Source: Chiloscyllium plagiosum (Eukaryota). From it: 64,000 nucleotides of DNA. The notes beneath the pieces are model-generated. The model worked only from the letters and a program-made list of their open reading frames with translations, had not been told where the DNA came from and searched no databases. This document shows, in pieces, positions 38,621 to 51,739 of this stretch. Within the stretch, counting starts at the first letter, position 1. Every line of letters begins with the position of its first letter. The stretch lies in NCBI RefSeq assembly GCF_004010195.1, contig NC_057710.1, positions 94,507,145 through 94,571,144 of the forward strand, given 5' to 3'. Position numbers and translations under genes: made by a program.

Positions 38621-41333
38621 GACTATGAGATCTCCCAGTGAAGCTTGATTTGATTTCGAACTTCCATTAGATCTCATCATGGGAAATACCTTTCCTTATT
38701 TTGCATTTCACTCCTTTGCAAATAATGTGGAAATGTTAGCCCTCCGGTTTCTAACTTCGTTCAACCTACTTCTCACTTGCAATGCCACCAACGTTCAAGC
38801 AACTTGGCAGCAATCCAGACAAAGCAGCTCACTTGATCCACAAGCATTCACCCTCTCCTTTACTGATATTCAATAGCAAGCACCATCTACAAAATGTAGA
38901 AATTCACCAAGGCTCCTTCCAAACCCATGACCACTTCCATCCAGAAGGATAAGGGCAGCAAGTACATGGGAACACAATCACCTGCTTGAAATGTGCTGTC
39001 TAAGGAGCCTTGGTGAATTTCTGCAGTGCCCTGGAGATGGCGCGCACAGCTACTACTGAGCATCAGTGGTGGAGAAAATATGCATTTGTGAATATGGAAT
39101 TAATTACCATAGTGGGCTGCTTTGTCATGGTTGTTGTTGAACATTGTGTTATTTAAGTTGCACTCATCGAGGCGAGTACACAGTAAGTTGAACAAAATCA
39201 ACCAAAAGAAAATCAGAAAAATACTGCGCCATGCAAAAGAGTTTGTAAGAATGTGAATTGCGCTGTCTCGTAAGCCATAGGTGAAGAATCAATTTACAGA
39301 AATGAAGAGAATTTAGAAAGCTGGAGTATTCAGGATATGGAGGAAATGAGAAGAATTGGATTTAACAAAGGAGCTACGAAGTTGGCAATATGGTTTATTT
39401 TCTGCTGCCTTGTGTGGAACAGTATCCTACAGCACTTTGTGTTTCAAGGGTCTTGTTCACCAACCAACGGTTGTTATCACTTCACCAAAAATGCATTGCC
39501 TCACTTTCTTAGATTCAGACCCTGTTTGAGGGGCATTTCCAGTTAACTACTCTCTCTCTCTGTTGGGTTATTGTCATGATCTCAGAGGAACCACGTCCAC
39601 AGGGAACATAGGCTGAGGAATTAAGGTTACAATTTTGAGGTTATAACTTCAATCCATGCCCCTTTGAATGTAACATCCCTGTCATGAATGCAGATTTTGG
39701 AATTAGCTATCTCTCTGGACTTTTCCCATTTATGTTAATCTCCTGCCCTCCAGAATGTTTGGTGTGAAGAAGCAAAGGTCACACCAACCCCATACTGGTT
39801 AAGACTGCACAGTCCTAAGCTTTTGGCAATTTCCCAAATGGAGTAATATTCTTCAGGAAAATAGAAATTTGTCCACCCAGATCAAGACAATATGCTCCCA
39901 GTGTGGGTTAATTAACTTCTGTCTTTACTTCATACGCACACTCTCCAGGAAATGTTCTGTGGAACTAAAATGTAACAGGATTTTGGTCTGTGGTGTTAAA
40001 AATTATTACACCAGTCCTTTATGTCCATTGCTAAAACTCTTTTCTTGTATGAACCGCGCCATCTTCTCATTCTAGGAAAGAGTTCTCACCGGTTTTATTT
40101 TTGCTTTAATTAAAAGGAACATATGTTGTCAACCATAATGAAACCAGATTTTTATGCATGAGCTGTTTTTCCCATCAGAATTTTATTATCTTTTTGGAGT
40201 TTCACGGTGCCTGTGATTTCTATTATATAGCATTCAGAACAAACTTACAAAAAAGCTCTGAAGTGTAGTGCTGCAAACAAAATTTGAATAGTTTGAACTA
40301 AATAAAACCCTATTATTAATTATACGGTTTTTAACAAATAAACAGAGTAATCTTTTGATTATTTTGATTTACAACTGCTGTGAGATTCAAAAGATATACT
40401 TACTCAGCCAAATGTAGATAGTTGTAATAAATTATGAGCATCCTCCTTTCAAAATAAAACTCTTGCTGATTCAGCTTGCCTTTTTGGAGGGAATTAATGC
40501 AGATCTGGGAAGCAAAAGCAAAAATACAAAGTGCTTGAAGCACTTGGGTCAGTCAGATTTTGTGGATTGAATGCATGTTAATATTTCATATATAAACCCT
40601 TCCTCCGAACAGGCAGATATAACAAATGGATGAGCAATTAAAAAGTAGAGTGAAGGGAAAAGTACTGATAGATATATCTTAAGGCATAAGAGTGAACTGA
40701 TTATGTGAATAAATGGCCAAATGGTGATTCCTTGAGACAGGAGTCATAATAAGGAAAATCAAATATATTAAAGGCATATATGAGAAACTAAGAACTAAAT
40801 GTATTTTCTGCATGGATAGATGGAAAAGGCATTAGAAATGAAAGCATGAAAAATGACAAGGTAGAACTAGCTGATATGGCCTAGAAGGTGAGAATAAAGT
40901 AGCAGGTTTGACATCAGGAGTGCAAACTGCTCTATCAACACACTGTAACAAAGGGTCACTATCTCATGCACCATGCTGTTTCTTACTCAACTAGCACACC
41001 ACGTAAAGCTGAGTATTTTCCAATATTATAATACAGTCCATGCTGAGACCGAGAACTGCAAAGTGCCTCATGCTGTTCCTTTTCTCTGTTCGTATTTTTT
41101 AAATTACTATTATTCTTAATATTTCCAAGTCAGAAAGTGAATCCAGAACCGAAATGTCAATTCTGCTTGTATTAAATGATCTGATGGGTGCTTCTAGCTT
41201 TTTTTTTCCATTCTGGAAATTACTTAAAACAACCTTTAATGTGACATTGATTTTTGCTATCTGAACTCCTTTCCTGTTACATTTTGAGTGCATTTCCTTG
41301 TTACTATTATTATGACTCACTGGGGTAGCACAC

Positions 41334-42287
41334 TGTAAATCGAACCCCACTGTTCCTGGCATCTTACCAAATGTTAAAGTTTTTTTTTTAAAAGTACACA
41401 CAGTACCCAGATGTACCTGACTTTCAGACCAAGGTTAATAGAAAGCACAGACTTGGTTTCTGTATGAAACAGCAATTATTATTTATTGTAATTAATTAGA
41501 CTATAGCTGGAAATAAACATATACCAACCATTGGCACATACTTCTATTAACTAAAAATCTAATCCCCTTATGAACTCCTCCTTTTTCACACACACACAAA
41601 CACAAATGCGCGCACACATGGGAAAAATAGATTATTGGTGGAGATTGAAAAACTGGGAAGTCGGTCCTGAATCTGATGTTGAGATTATCCTCTGTTGGCT
41701 GCCCAGACTGCTTTGTTCAGATGTCTTTCTCGAGATGCTTTTACTGGTTTATAAGAAGTACAGAGTAATTGATTCACTTGGAAAATGTCTCTGATCTGTC
41801 AGTTCACAGGTCACAGATATACTGCTGCAGAAAAGGTGACTGGTTTTCTCCAAGTTTAAACTGAGTTTTTGACTGCACAGTACAGTCAGCTTCTGAGCTG
41901 TGACAAGATCTGCAAGCTTTCTCTCTCTTTTTTCCAGCTCCAAGTTGCTCGGCCATCCATGAACCGATCACACTGTTGTTGGCAAGCTAAAGTCTCTGCC
42001 ATTGATAATTGTCACAATCCACAATCTAATTGTCACAATTGACCAATCAATTACTTGTTTTCAGGAAGAGCTGCACCAGTACACGCTGTTAGCTTTAGAT
42101 CATTTGCAATCTGAACTTCAATTACTGTGTTCAGTTCAAACAGATGTTTGTAATACCTACTATTGATATCAGATTACTTGCTTTTGAAACTGTAGCCACT
42201 CTTTCGAACATTAGTTTTAAAAATTTCTTTCTCATTTCAACCCCCAGTTTTTAAAAAAATGCAAAATAAAAATACATGGTCCTTACA
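41334..42287 (-). mobile_element. Possible solo LTR
   Basis: TGTAA...TTACA ends and a minus-strand AATAAA, but no TSD found. Confidence 0.3.
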
Positions 42288-42729
42288 CTTTGATAGTTGT
42301 ATGACCAGAATGCATTGACAGTATGAACAGGAAAAGAATTATAATCTATTAATCACAAATTGCTAAAAGGATGTTATCAGCTGACATTCGTGTTTGTACA
42401 CGCTCACAATATATCAACCTCCTTTATAGACAATTGGCAGAACTTTGATTTCAGTGCTAAAGAGACCAACTTGCAGGTAATGTGAAATCACAAGGGAAGA
42501 TAGCAGCTTAAGGGTGAATTCACACACCAGTTTTAATGGCAAGGTTATCACTTTGTTCCATGTTTGAAGTTGGTTTGTGAATAGACCATTTTAATTGATG
42601 TGCTGGCCTGAAATTTTGAAATCCAACATGGCAGGTGGTTTGAGACCTAAACGCAGAGTACAGTGAGAATCTGATTGGGTTGGGTCCCACGGGAAGTATT
42701 GAGCAAACATTAAAGGGAACGTGTTTTCA

Positions 42730-43195
42730 CATAATTGCTACTGTACAAAGGAAGGCTCATTATGCCTGCATCAGATCCTCAAACCAGTATCATTATCTTT
42801 GGCCAATCTCCTGTATAATTCCCCCTTTCCCTTGTGCACTTTATCCAAGAAATCACACATTTGAACCTGCCTCCATCACATTTCCAGGAAGTGCATTTCA
42901 TATCCTGACCACTCACTATGTAATAAACTTTTTACTCACTTCACTTTAAATCTATGCCCTCTTGTTATTTTACAAGTGGGAACTGTTTTTCCTAATCTTA
43001 TCTATCCAGCCTGCTCATGATTTTGAAAACCTCTGTCGAACCTCCTCTCTCCCGCCTCCTGTCCAAGGAGAACGATTCCAAATTTTTCAGTCCATTCTCA
43101 ACTGAAGTTTCTCATTCATGGAACCATTTGTGTAAATTGCTTCTGTATTCTATCTAATGCATTCACATTCCTTCTATAATGTGGCTCTCACAACT
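42730..43195 (-). mobile_element. Degenerate CR1 3' end
   Basis: Similar to 31615-32120. Confidence 0.65.
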
Positions 43196-43235
43196 TGTTA
43201 AATGACTGATTAGTAATATGGTCAATTCTAGACAC

Positions 43236-43367
43236 TCCTGATGAAGAGCTTATGCCCAAAATGTCTATTCTCTTACTCCTCAGATGCTTCCTGACCTGCT
43301 GTGCTTTTCCAGTGCCACACTTTTCAACGTTGATCTCCAGCATCTGCAGTCCTCACTTACTCTTCCA
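43236..43367 (+). mobile_element. 132-bp PLE-terminal insertion (family B) with damaged hammerhead
   Basis: Imperfect TSD CAATTCTAgAcAC (43223-43235) / CAATTCTAaAtAC (43368-43380); CTGATGA at 43238. Confidence 0.75.
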
Positions 43368-43984
43368 CAATTCTAAATACCAAAGTCAGAAAGGCTTTGA
43401 AAGGTGTATAGAGGAGGTTTACTGGAATGGTACCAGCATGAGGAATTTCATTGTGAAGAGTTTGCAGAGCTGATGTTGTGAAGGATAAAAGGAAATGTGA
43501 TAGAGAAATGAATTAAACGACATCCAGTGTCAGAAGGGTCAGTAGCCATGGCTTGTATATTTAAGGTGATTGGCAAAGAATCTGGTGATAATGTGAGGGA
43601 ACACTTTTTGTTAAAACGTCCAGAAATTTGTTTTGATTTGGAATGTACTGCTGCAAAGCATGGTGGAAAATACTTAATAGCATTTAAAGCAATGTTATAA
43701 ATGTTTGAAGGGAAGTAGTTGCAGGGTTACAAAGAAAGAGCAGGCCTTCCTAAGATTCTTTGAAAGAGTTAGCTGAGGACAATGAGCTGAACAGTCTAGT
43801 TCTGTGCCATGTCTTTCTATGAAGTAATTATCTTTCTTGCAGGCAATATTAACAAGAAAATATTCTTTACTTCAAAAATTGACACAGCATTTGTGTGCCA
43901 AATTTGTTGTTGTCTTCTTAAGCAGTCCCTCAAGAGAACTGACTTTCACTCCACAGTTATGATTTAAATGCTTGATCCACACAA

Positions 43985-44145
43985 ATAAAAGCAAAATATT
44001 ACAGATGCTGGAAATCTGAAATAAACACAAAATGTTGGAGAAACTTAGCAGGTCTGTTAACATCTATGGAGAGAGAAACAAAAGTAATGTTTTGAGTTCA
44101 AATGAAACCTTTTTCAGAAATGTTCTGAAGAGGAGTCATAAAACA
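43985..44145. mobile_element. Old family-C-like PLE terminal repeat with inversion
   Basis: acagatgctggaaatctgaaat... then TTCAGAA-atg-TTCTGAAGAGG inversion centre; related copies at ~44785-44965 and ~40510-40610. Confidence 0.55.
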
Positions 44146-45785
44146 AATAACTGTTCACTAAGTAGCAAACTTAGAAGTCCCATTTTGGGTATGATCAGGA
44201 GATAGTAACCAAAATTCCATTGTTTAGGTTACAGTTCACATTTTCAATAAAATTAATTTGCACAATCATAACCTTAAAATATTCAGTGGACCACTCCAAT
44301 TGTGCAGTCTGATAGAATGTAATTGATTCCATTAACGTTTTCATTTTTTTAAAGTGTGTATGCCTTGATATATTTGTGAGAGATAATGGGATACAGTTTT
44401 ATTAACACAGTTAGAAATAGGCTTATCACCAATAATAATCATTTTGTCGAGTCCTCCACCTGTGAGTAATCTGATTTAACATGATTAAAAAACTTTAAAC
44501 TCTTTAACACTTCTATTCTGCCCATCCAGTGTAGATAGTTTTAATCAGACTGTTCAAAATGTTATGATACATATCTAGGGCAGGTTGGGTTTGAACCCAG
44601 ACCTTCTGCCCATCTGATAAATGTTGGCATTTACACTTCAGACTAGTCTCCTTACATTTTATCTCTCTCAACTTCACCTATCATCATAATGTATGACCCA
44701 TTTCCACATTCCTCCCCTCTTGACTAAAGAAATTTCTCCAATCTATTTGTAATTATCCTGTATTTTTAGAAACACAAAGCTAAACTACTGCAGATGCTGG
44801 AAATCTAAAACAGAGTACAAAAGAAATATTTGGGCCTGGTAACATCTGTGAACAAAAATATGAGGATTTGTATTTCAGGTTGATGATCAAAGTCTGAGGA
44901 AAGGTTATGAACATGATATGTCAATATGTATTTTTTCACAAAAAAATCTCCAGTATTTTTGTACTATGTTTCCTCAATGTTTATAATCTTACATGTGGAA
45001 GCATTGCTTCCCCATTTACCCTGCTCAGCTGTTAAAGATCTCCAATAAGTCACCCTGAAGTCTACTCTTTTTTTTTAAAGATGAAATCTTAACGAGAGAA
45101 TCTTGGCAATAGCTGTGATCTCTCAATTCCAATACCGTCCTTATAACTTTTTTTCCCAGTGCTTCTATATCCTTTTCATAAATTGGAGACAAGAACAGTG
45201 TGGGCCACTACTTTAGTGTACACTAGTTGGTTTCTTAGAAACAAGTCATCTTTGATATATGGAGATGTTTTAAAGCATGCTTAATTACTGCCTTTATACC
45301 TAGGGAGGTAAACACAATTTGCACAGCCTTACCTTGTTGTTGCAGTTGACAAATGCAATAATTTCAACTTCAGTTTGTAACTTGATCATGACAAATTTTA
45401 ATCTTCAAGCGATGGAAAAGATCGCTGAATGTGATTGTAGGTGCTTTGCATAACTCAATCATGTTTAAAACTCTCTAATCTTTTGTGTGTTTCAACCAAT
45501 TGCATCCAATTACACAAACATTGCTGGCAGAAACTACCTCCTGTTTAGAATTTCACTACAAATTGTGACCAGATAAAATCTTTCCTTTCTGCCTATAAAC
45601 AAGCAAATAAAATTAAGTTGTCTAAAAGCTGCTAGTTTGAATCTCAACTAAACAGCAAAGCATGAGAATAAACACATTTTTAATGTTATGTCTGCATCAT
45701 AAATGCACTATGTTGATATGTAGTATATTAGATAATTTTACTCTATAATCTGGTAAGGTGATCTTGATATCTTTTTTTTCACTAG

Positions 45786-45893
45786 TTTAGCCATGTGGCT
45801 ATCTGGGGAAGTATCGGAATGTGGGTGGTGCTGTTTGGAATCTACTCATCACTGTGGCCTGCAATTCCACTGGCTCCTGATATTTCTGGAGAG
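45786..45893 (+). CDS. ATP8A1: ATP8A1 internal exon F (FSHVAIWGSIGMWVVLFGIYSSLWPAIPLAPDISGE)
   Basis: ttttttcactag| ... |gtactt; 108 nt; TM9 'H.AIWGSI' motif. The next exon was not found before 64000. Confidence 0.96.
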
Positions 45894-48800
45894 GTACTTG
45901 TTTTGATATTTACATTTACCATTTATGTTGCAGAAAGAAAAGGCATATGACAACGTCCAAGTGCCCGTTGGCTGTCATTTCTTCTGAAATAATTGTCAGA
46001 TTTGTTTTTAATCATCATTCTGTGAAAGATCTTTTGCATTTGCAAAATTTCCCAAATGGATTTGGAAACTGTGATAATCTATTTACAAGATGCTCTGAAG
46101 AGTTTGTCACATTAGAACCAGAAATTGATAAGTTTGAAAAATAAATTAAAGTAATATTAAAAGTTTTGTCAAAAATAAAGCTGCACTAGTTTTGACTGGG
46201 TGTTGAAATGTATTAAGGAATATAGCCAAAGATATTTTGTTTTGCTACAACCAAGAAATTGTCAGTTACCCACTGGAGATCATCTAATTTGTTGGACTGA
46301 TTATCTTCTAATATTTTAGTCCATTTACTTTTGGTCACACAAGACTCCCATTAAAAGCTAATTTCAGTCTTGACAATTACCCAGTGGTTAGCAGTATTGT
46401 GTGGTGTGGACCAGAGATCCCTACTCTGTGCCATTTTAGCCAAATTAAACAGACAGAATAGTACTGTTTGGTTTTACATCCAAGTCCGGGAAGAAAAAAA
46501 ACATTTATTTTCAAAAAATAATTAATTCGAGTCCCTGCTTTTATATTTACTGACTTGTGCTGAACAGTGCATGTGCATGCATCAGAAAGGTTGCGCGTTG
46601 TTAAGAGGATAATAATTCTGTAGATTATCTCATAACTTTCTCCTATAACTTAATTTGTACTTTAACTAAACCAGTTATTCATGTGTGCCTTACATGGCAC
46701 ATGTATAATTAAGACGTGACCTAGATATTTCTTTTAGTTACCAAATTTCTGTAGAACATTTTTGCCTCCTTTTATTCTTGTGCATTGTTTTCAATTTATG
46801 CTAAAATTCCAGCAATTAAATTGCCTCATTTCCGATTGTACCTCTAGCCTTGTAAGATCCTATTGGGTTTGAGATGCTTGAGTCCATGCAAAGTTAACTA
46901 AGTTTTTATCTTGATACTTCCAAGTAACTAAGAAAAGCACAATGATCTATAAGTAACTAACATCCAAAGGTGGTACTTATAATTTTAATGCCACAAAACA
47001 AAAGTCAAGATGTAGATTAGTACAAAATCTTTAATAAAAACAAACAGCTGGAAATGCAAGTGTAATATATGTTGTTAAAGATGTGAAGTTGAAATAAATT
47101 GCTATGTACTTTGGCTCTAAATTGCTCAGTAAAGTCAGCATTCGGACTGTCTTATAGGTTTGTGACAGCAGTAGACATGGTATTGTTCTTAAGTAACATA
47201 TACCAGATTCTATGTTGTCTTTTCACTCTTGTTTAAGGAAGTGCTTAACTGTTTATTTACTGACTTCTGTTTGCTAATGACTGTCTGTGACTTGTTTTGC
47301 ATAGTTGCATGGAAGAGATAATGCAAAGAGATATTGGAGGGGGAAGGATTTTAGAAGTTTGTCTGCATCTAAAGTGAAATAAGTCATTATTGCCTCTGAA
47401 GTATTGCCCATGTGCAATGTCAGCAATCTCGATCATTATTGATGTCTCAAGAAGTGCTGAAAAGTGCATGCAGTATTATTTATTCATGTATGTCAATGTG
47501 TCATATGATAGACAGGGAATTATTTTGTATTATCACAGTATTTTCATTTTGTGCTAATGATAATAAACAATACCAAAGAGAGACATAAAGCCAACATAAC
47601 TAGACATTTGTGAAGGATAGAAAACCTGATGCGAGGCATTAAAATCTACTTAAAACGCAAATGAAACTGATCAAACTACATTTTACAGAGATTCCTCTCT
47701 GAGAAGATTAGACTGTCAGATTGTGCGAGTGTTTTATTGGAAACCTGTTAATTCCAGCAATGTGTGAGATGATGGATATTTTGTAAACTGCAGTATTAGT
47801 TCCTTTCTATTAGTGAATCGGAGTAGGGAATTAAATGCATAGGCATGGAAAAAATAGTGACCCACCTACATAGTGACCCACCTAACCATCCTACTTAATA
47901 AATATGCCTCTTGAGGCTAATTATTAAGTAACAGTTATGGAGGATAATTCTACCTTCCCTAGCTAAATTGGGAACTATTCACCGAGGGAGGAAATGAAAG
48001 CGAATTATCAAAATCAAAGATTAATTTCAAGAGAGGTTCAAAAATCTACACCATGTATGTTGAATCATCTTTAGTTGATAAGTACACTACCAGTACAGTA
48101 TTTGTAGTATCAGATATTTCATTCAAGTTACACAATTATTAAAGCAGTACTTTAGACATAGATGTACAACCCTGTTATGGTTACAAACTGAAATCAACAT
48201 CTGGACCCTGATTTCTTTTTTAATTATGTGATGCAGTCAGAAATGTATTAAAAATTTTAACAATGTTATAAGATGTTTGTTCCAAACGAATTCAGACCTG
48301 GCAAAGCTATAAACTTCTGACTGATGATTGGTATTTGTTTTTAGAATCGGTCTCATACTAATGACAAAAATCAGGTCAATGAAATTGCATTTTATTCTGA
48401 AAAACTTCAGATAGTTTCATTTATTTTTCTCTATGTGTACTTGTTACTTCAGAATATATAGTAATGTGGAAATGTTACAGTCGGCATTTTCACCAAATTT
48501 TGTAACATAAGCAGTGTGTGTGTGGCATTCATGACTGACCATATAGGAGTGAAGATTTCACTGAATTTGTTGGTAGCAAGCTTTTACGCTTAAAGTTAAA
48601 TATTCTCAACATTATTCAAATTAATTTATGTGTTTGATGGTTTTTCTACTCTTCCTTTCTTATGCCAGGATTTAGGCTTTGCTTTGCTTTTGAATAGAAA
48701 TAAAGAATGTGAAGATTTCAATTCAAGGGCCACTGAACTTTGCAATGACTGCTTTTTTATATTATCAATATTTCATTGAATGTGTGTTTTAAACCTCACT

Positions 48801-51739
48801 TCCAAATTAGGTGAAGCAATATCTTAAATTTCTAAAGCTGCATACCAATTTACCTGATTAGAATTTAGTAATTCCATGTGGCACACATGGATAATTAGGG
48901 TATTCACTCCTTTCAGCTTGCAGGTTAGCATATATGCATTTTTAACAATGCAGAACACCTTTGCTCTTCTTTATACTTTTGTTTCCTGGTCATTATTAAA
49001 AAGTAATATTGATGGACGAGGATGGAAATAGCCCACATTTGTACTGACAAATTTGCATTTCATATTAGAGATTTTAGTAAACCAACATTGTCTCTTTCTC
49101 AATGTCATGTTTCTGAATGACAAGTGGAGAGGTGTCAAATTCATTTACTTACTATGGTGTTGGTATGACACCAAAAATTGAAATAATTAAATATTAAATC
49201 CTTTATATGTATATTATGAAATAAAATTTATTTTGAATTGTTGTGGATGTGTTTTGAAGAAGCTCCTTGGAAAAAAATTGAAGCTGAACTCTTAATCTGA
49301 GCAGCTGTCATGTTGTATAGACAGCAGACTTGTTGTTTTCCCTTTGGGGCCTATTGGGCCTTCAAAACACCAAGCTTTGTGACTCTGTGATTTCTGATCC
49401 CTTGTGAATCCCCCTGGGAGCTACTTTTGTGACAGAATCCCATTTGAAGGGGCTAAGGCCTAGAGAAGAAGTTTGGCATGGGCCACAAATTTCACACATT
49501 AGGAACAATTTGTAAACCGTGCACAGAGGCAGCCGGGACCTGTCCCCAGAACAGACTGCCCCTGTTACCAGTATTATATGAAAAGGATCACTTTTCTGTT
49601 TCCCAGATGATTTGCCTGTGTGTGGAGGGATGTGAAAAGTTAGAAACAAAAATGGTTTCTACACAGTGTTTGGGGGGTAGGGGGGGTGTTGAGGGGAGAG
49701 CTTTTGTACAGAAAGGAAGGAAATACCTCTGGGATTTTATTTTTCCCTTCGTACAAAATACAATGAAACTCTCTGTTTTCAATACGAATGTGAGGTTTAA
49801 ATCTTTGAGCTTTGGATTACCTCTGCAGTACAAAATCTGACAGGCTTTCAAATATAAAATAAAAACTTTGTCTTTTTAATTCATTTTGATCATTTCTAAA
49901 GGCACTGAAATTTGAATAGCAGGTCCCAATTGTCCTCTCTTCAGAACTGAAATTAGAATAGTTACGATTAACTCGGCACAGGCAACTTCAACAGTCTTCA
50001 GCTTAATCAGAGAATAAAATCACCAACTTGGATTAGACTACATGAACATAAAGCTTCCTGCATTATTTGTCCTTCTCATCCAAAATGGTATTAAAATAGT
50101 TAATATAGATTTTCTTTACTACAAATTAGTTCTGATGACTGAAACGGAGGACTATTGTCTTATTCAGAAAATGAAAGAGCGCTAGCACTTACCTTTTAAA
50201 ATGTAGCAAAATGAATTATGGATAACAATTGGGATGACTCTTGTCAGAATTAAATATTATTTAACAATTTTGAAAATGTTAAATATGTAGTTGATGTCAA
50301 TGGAAATCCACAATAATTTTACATGAACTTAAAATGCAATCTCATTTCTTCCAAAATTGAAACTGGTGTCAGTTACTACTTACTAGTAACTGACACCAGT
50401 TACGCACTTTGTATTGTTGCCTGTTTAAAAATTCTGTTCAAATTAGTGACATTGCAGGAGAAAATTATGGCAAATGTTTTCATACTGGTTTTCTGTTTAG
50501 TCTTCTCCCCCAACTTAATAAGATAATGCAAGCTAAACTTTATTCTTTGTTCTCAAAATGTTTCTGGCAATTGAAAGAAAAGTTAACATGCGAAAGTGGG
50601 AACACTTTGAAGTTGTTCTGGTAATGCTAAAGTCACCAAACAGTTTGGTCTGTTTTGTATTGGTAAATGCTCTCATTTAAAGTTAATGAACGTACCTCAT
50701 GATCAAAAGCTTGCCAACCAAGAGAAAAAAAATAATTATTGTAAGGCATAAAGATGTTGTGGGGCATTTCATTACAAATGATCCAAGATACACTTCATGG
50801 GATTGAGTAGTTCTTTCCTTTTTTAATAATAGAATTAGTTCAGTTTTCTGCTAACAAGAAACAACTGAGTTAGTTTTAGTCACAAAGTCTAATCATGTTG
50901 AGAGAGTGGAAGGGTAGAATTGATGTATATAAAATTGACCAGGCTGTAGCTGCAATGAGATAAATGGTCAGAAACTCAGTTTGAAATGTTGGACTGAATT
51001 TTATGCAAGGAAGGGTGATAGTGTCCCCCCTCCAGAGATTTATGCAAATACCCTGAGGGTACAGATTCAAATTCCACCAGGCAGCTGGTAGAATATAAAT
51101 CCCATTAGTTAATTTGAAAAATAAAGTTCCTTTCAGTGATTATGACCATGGTAACTATAGGTGTTGTAAAAATCCATCTGGTTAGGGAAAGAAATCTGAC
51201 ATCCTTGCCTGGCCTGATCTTAATGTAATTCAAAATCCACAGAAATATGATTGACTCTTAACTGCTCTTTAAAATGACTTTGTGATCCAGTTAATTCAAG
51301 GCACCAAATCCTGGCCCTGTCAGTGACTCCCAAAATCCAATGAAAGAATCATTATTTTAAAAAAAGTGTATGAGGGTTACTTGGTACTGTTGGACTCTTT
51401 CATTGGAAACAACAGTGGTGACAGTATGAGGTTCTTAAGTAGTTATTAATTGACGTAGAGTACCTGCAGAAATAATTAAGCAACAAGTACGGTGTCTGTG
51501 CCATGGCATCCAGTTTCATGCCCCACCCCTTCAGCCATCGCATCCCCAGTAGACATACAATTCAGTCCATTGGTTGAGAAATATTAAAATATAATTAGCA
51601 AATTTCCCTGATTTTTATTGAATAGTGTGTTAGAATCCTCTCTATCGTCCTGAAGCTAGTCTTTTAATTGAAGATAATGGAAAAGAGCACAAAGCTACAA
51701 TCCCCTGGAGAAAATAGGTCAAAATCTAAAATGGTAGAA

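Noticed and set aside
47854-47884. 16-bp tandem duplication ATAGTGACCCACCTAC
   Set aside because: Ordinary local slippage; no further structure.
49362-49851. Overlapping 87-120 aa ORFs suggesting a nested gene
   Set aside because: No recognisable homology or convincing exon structure.
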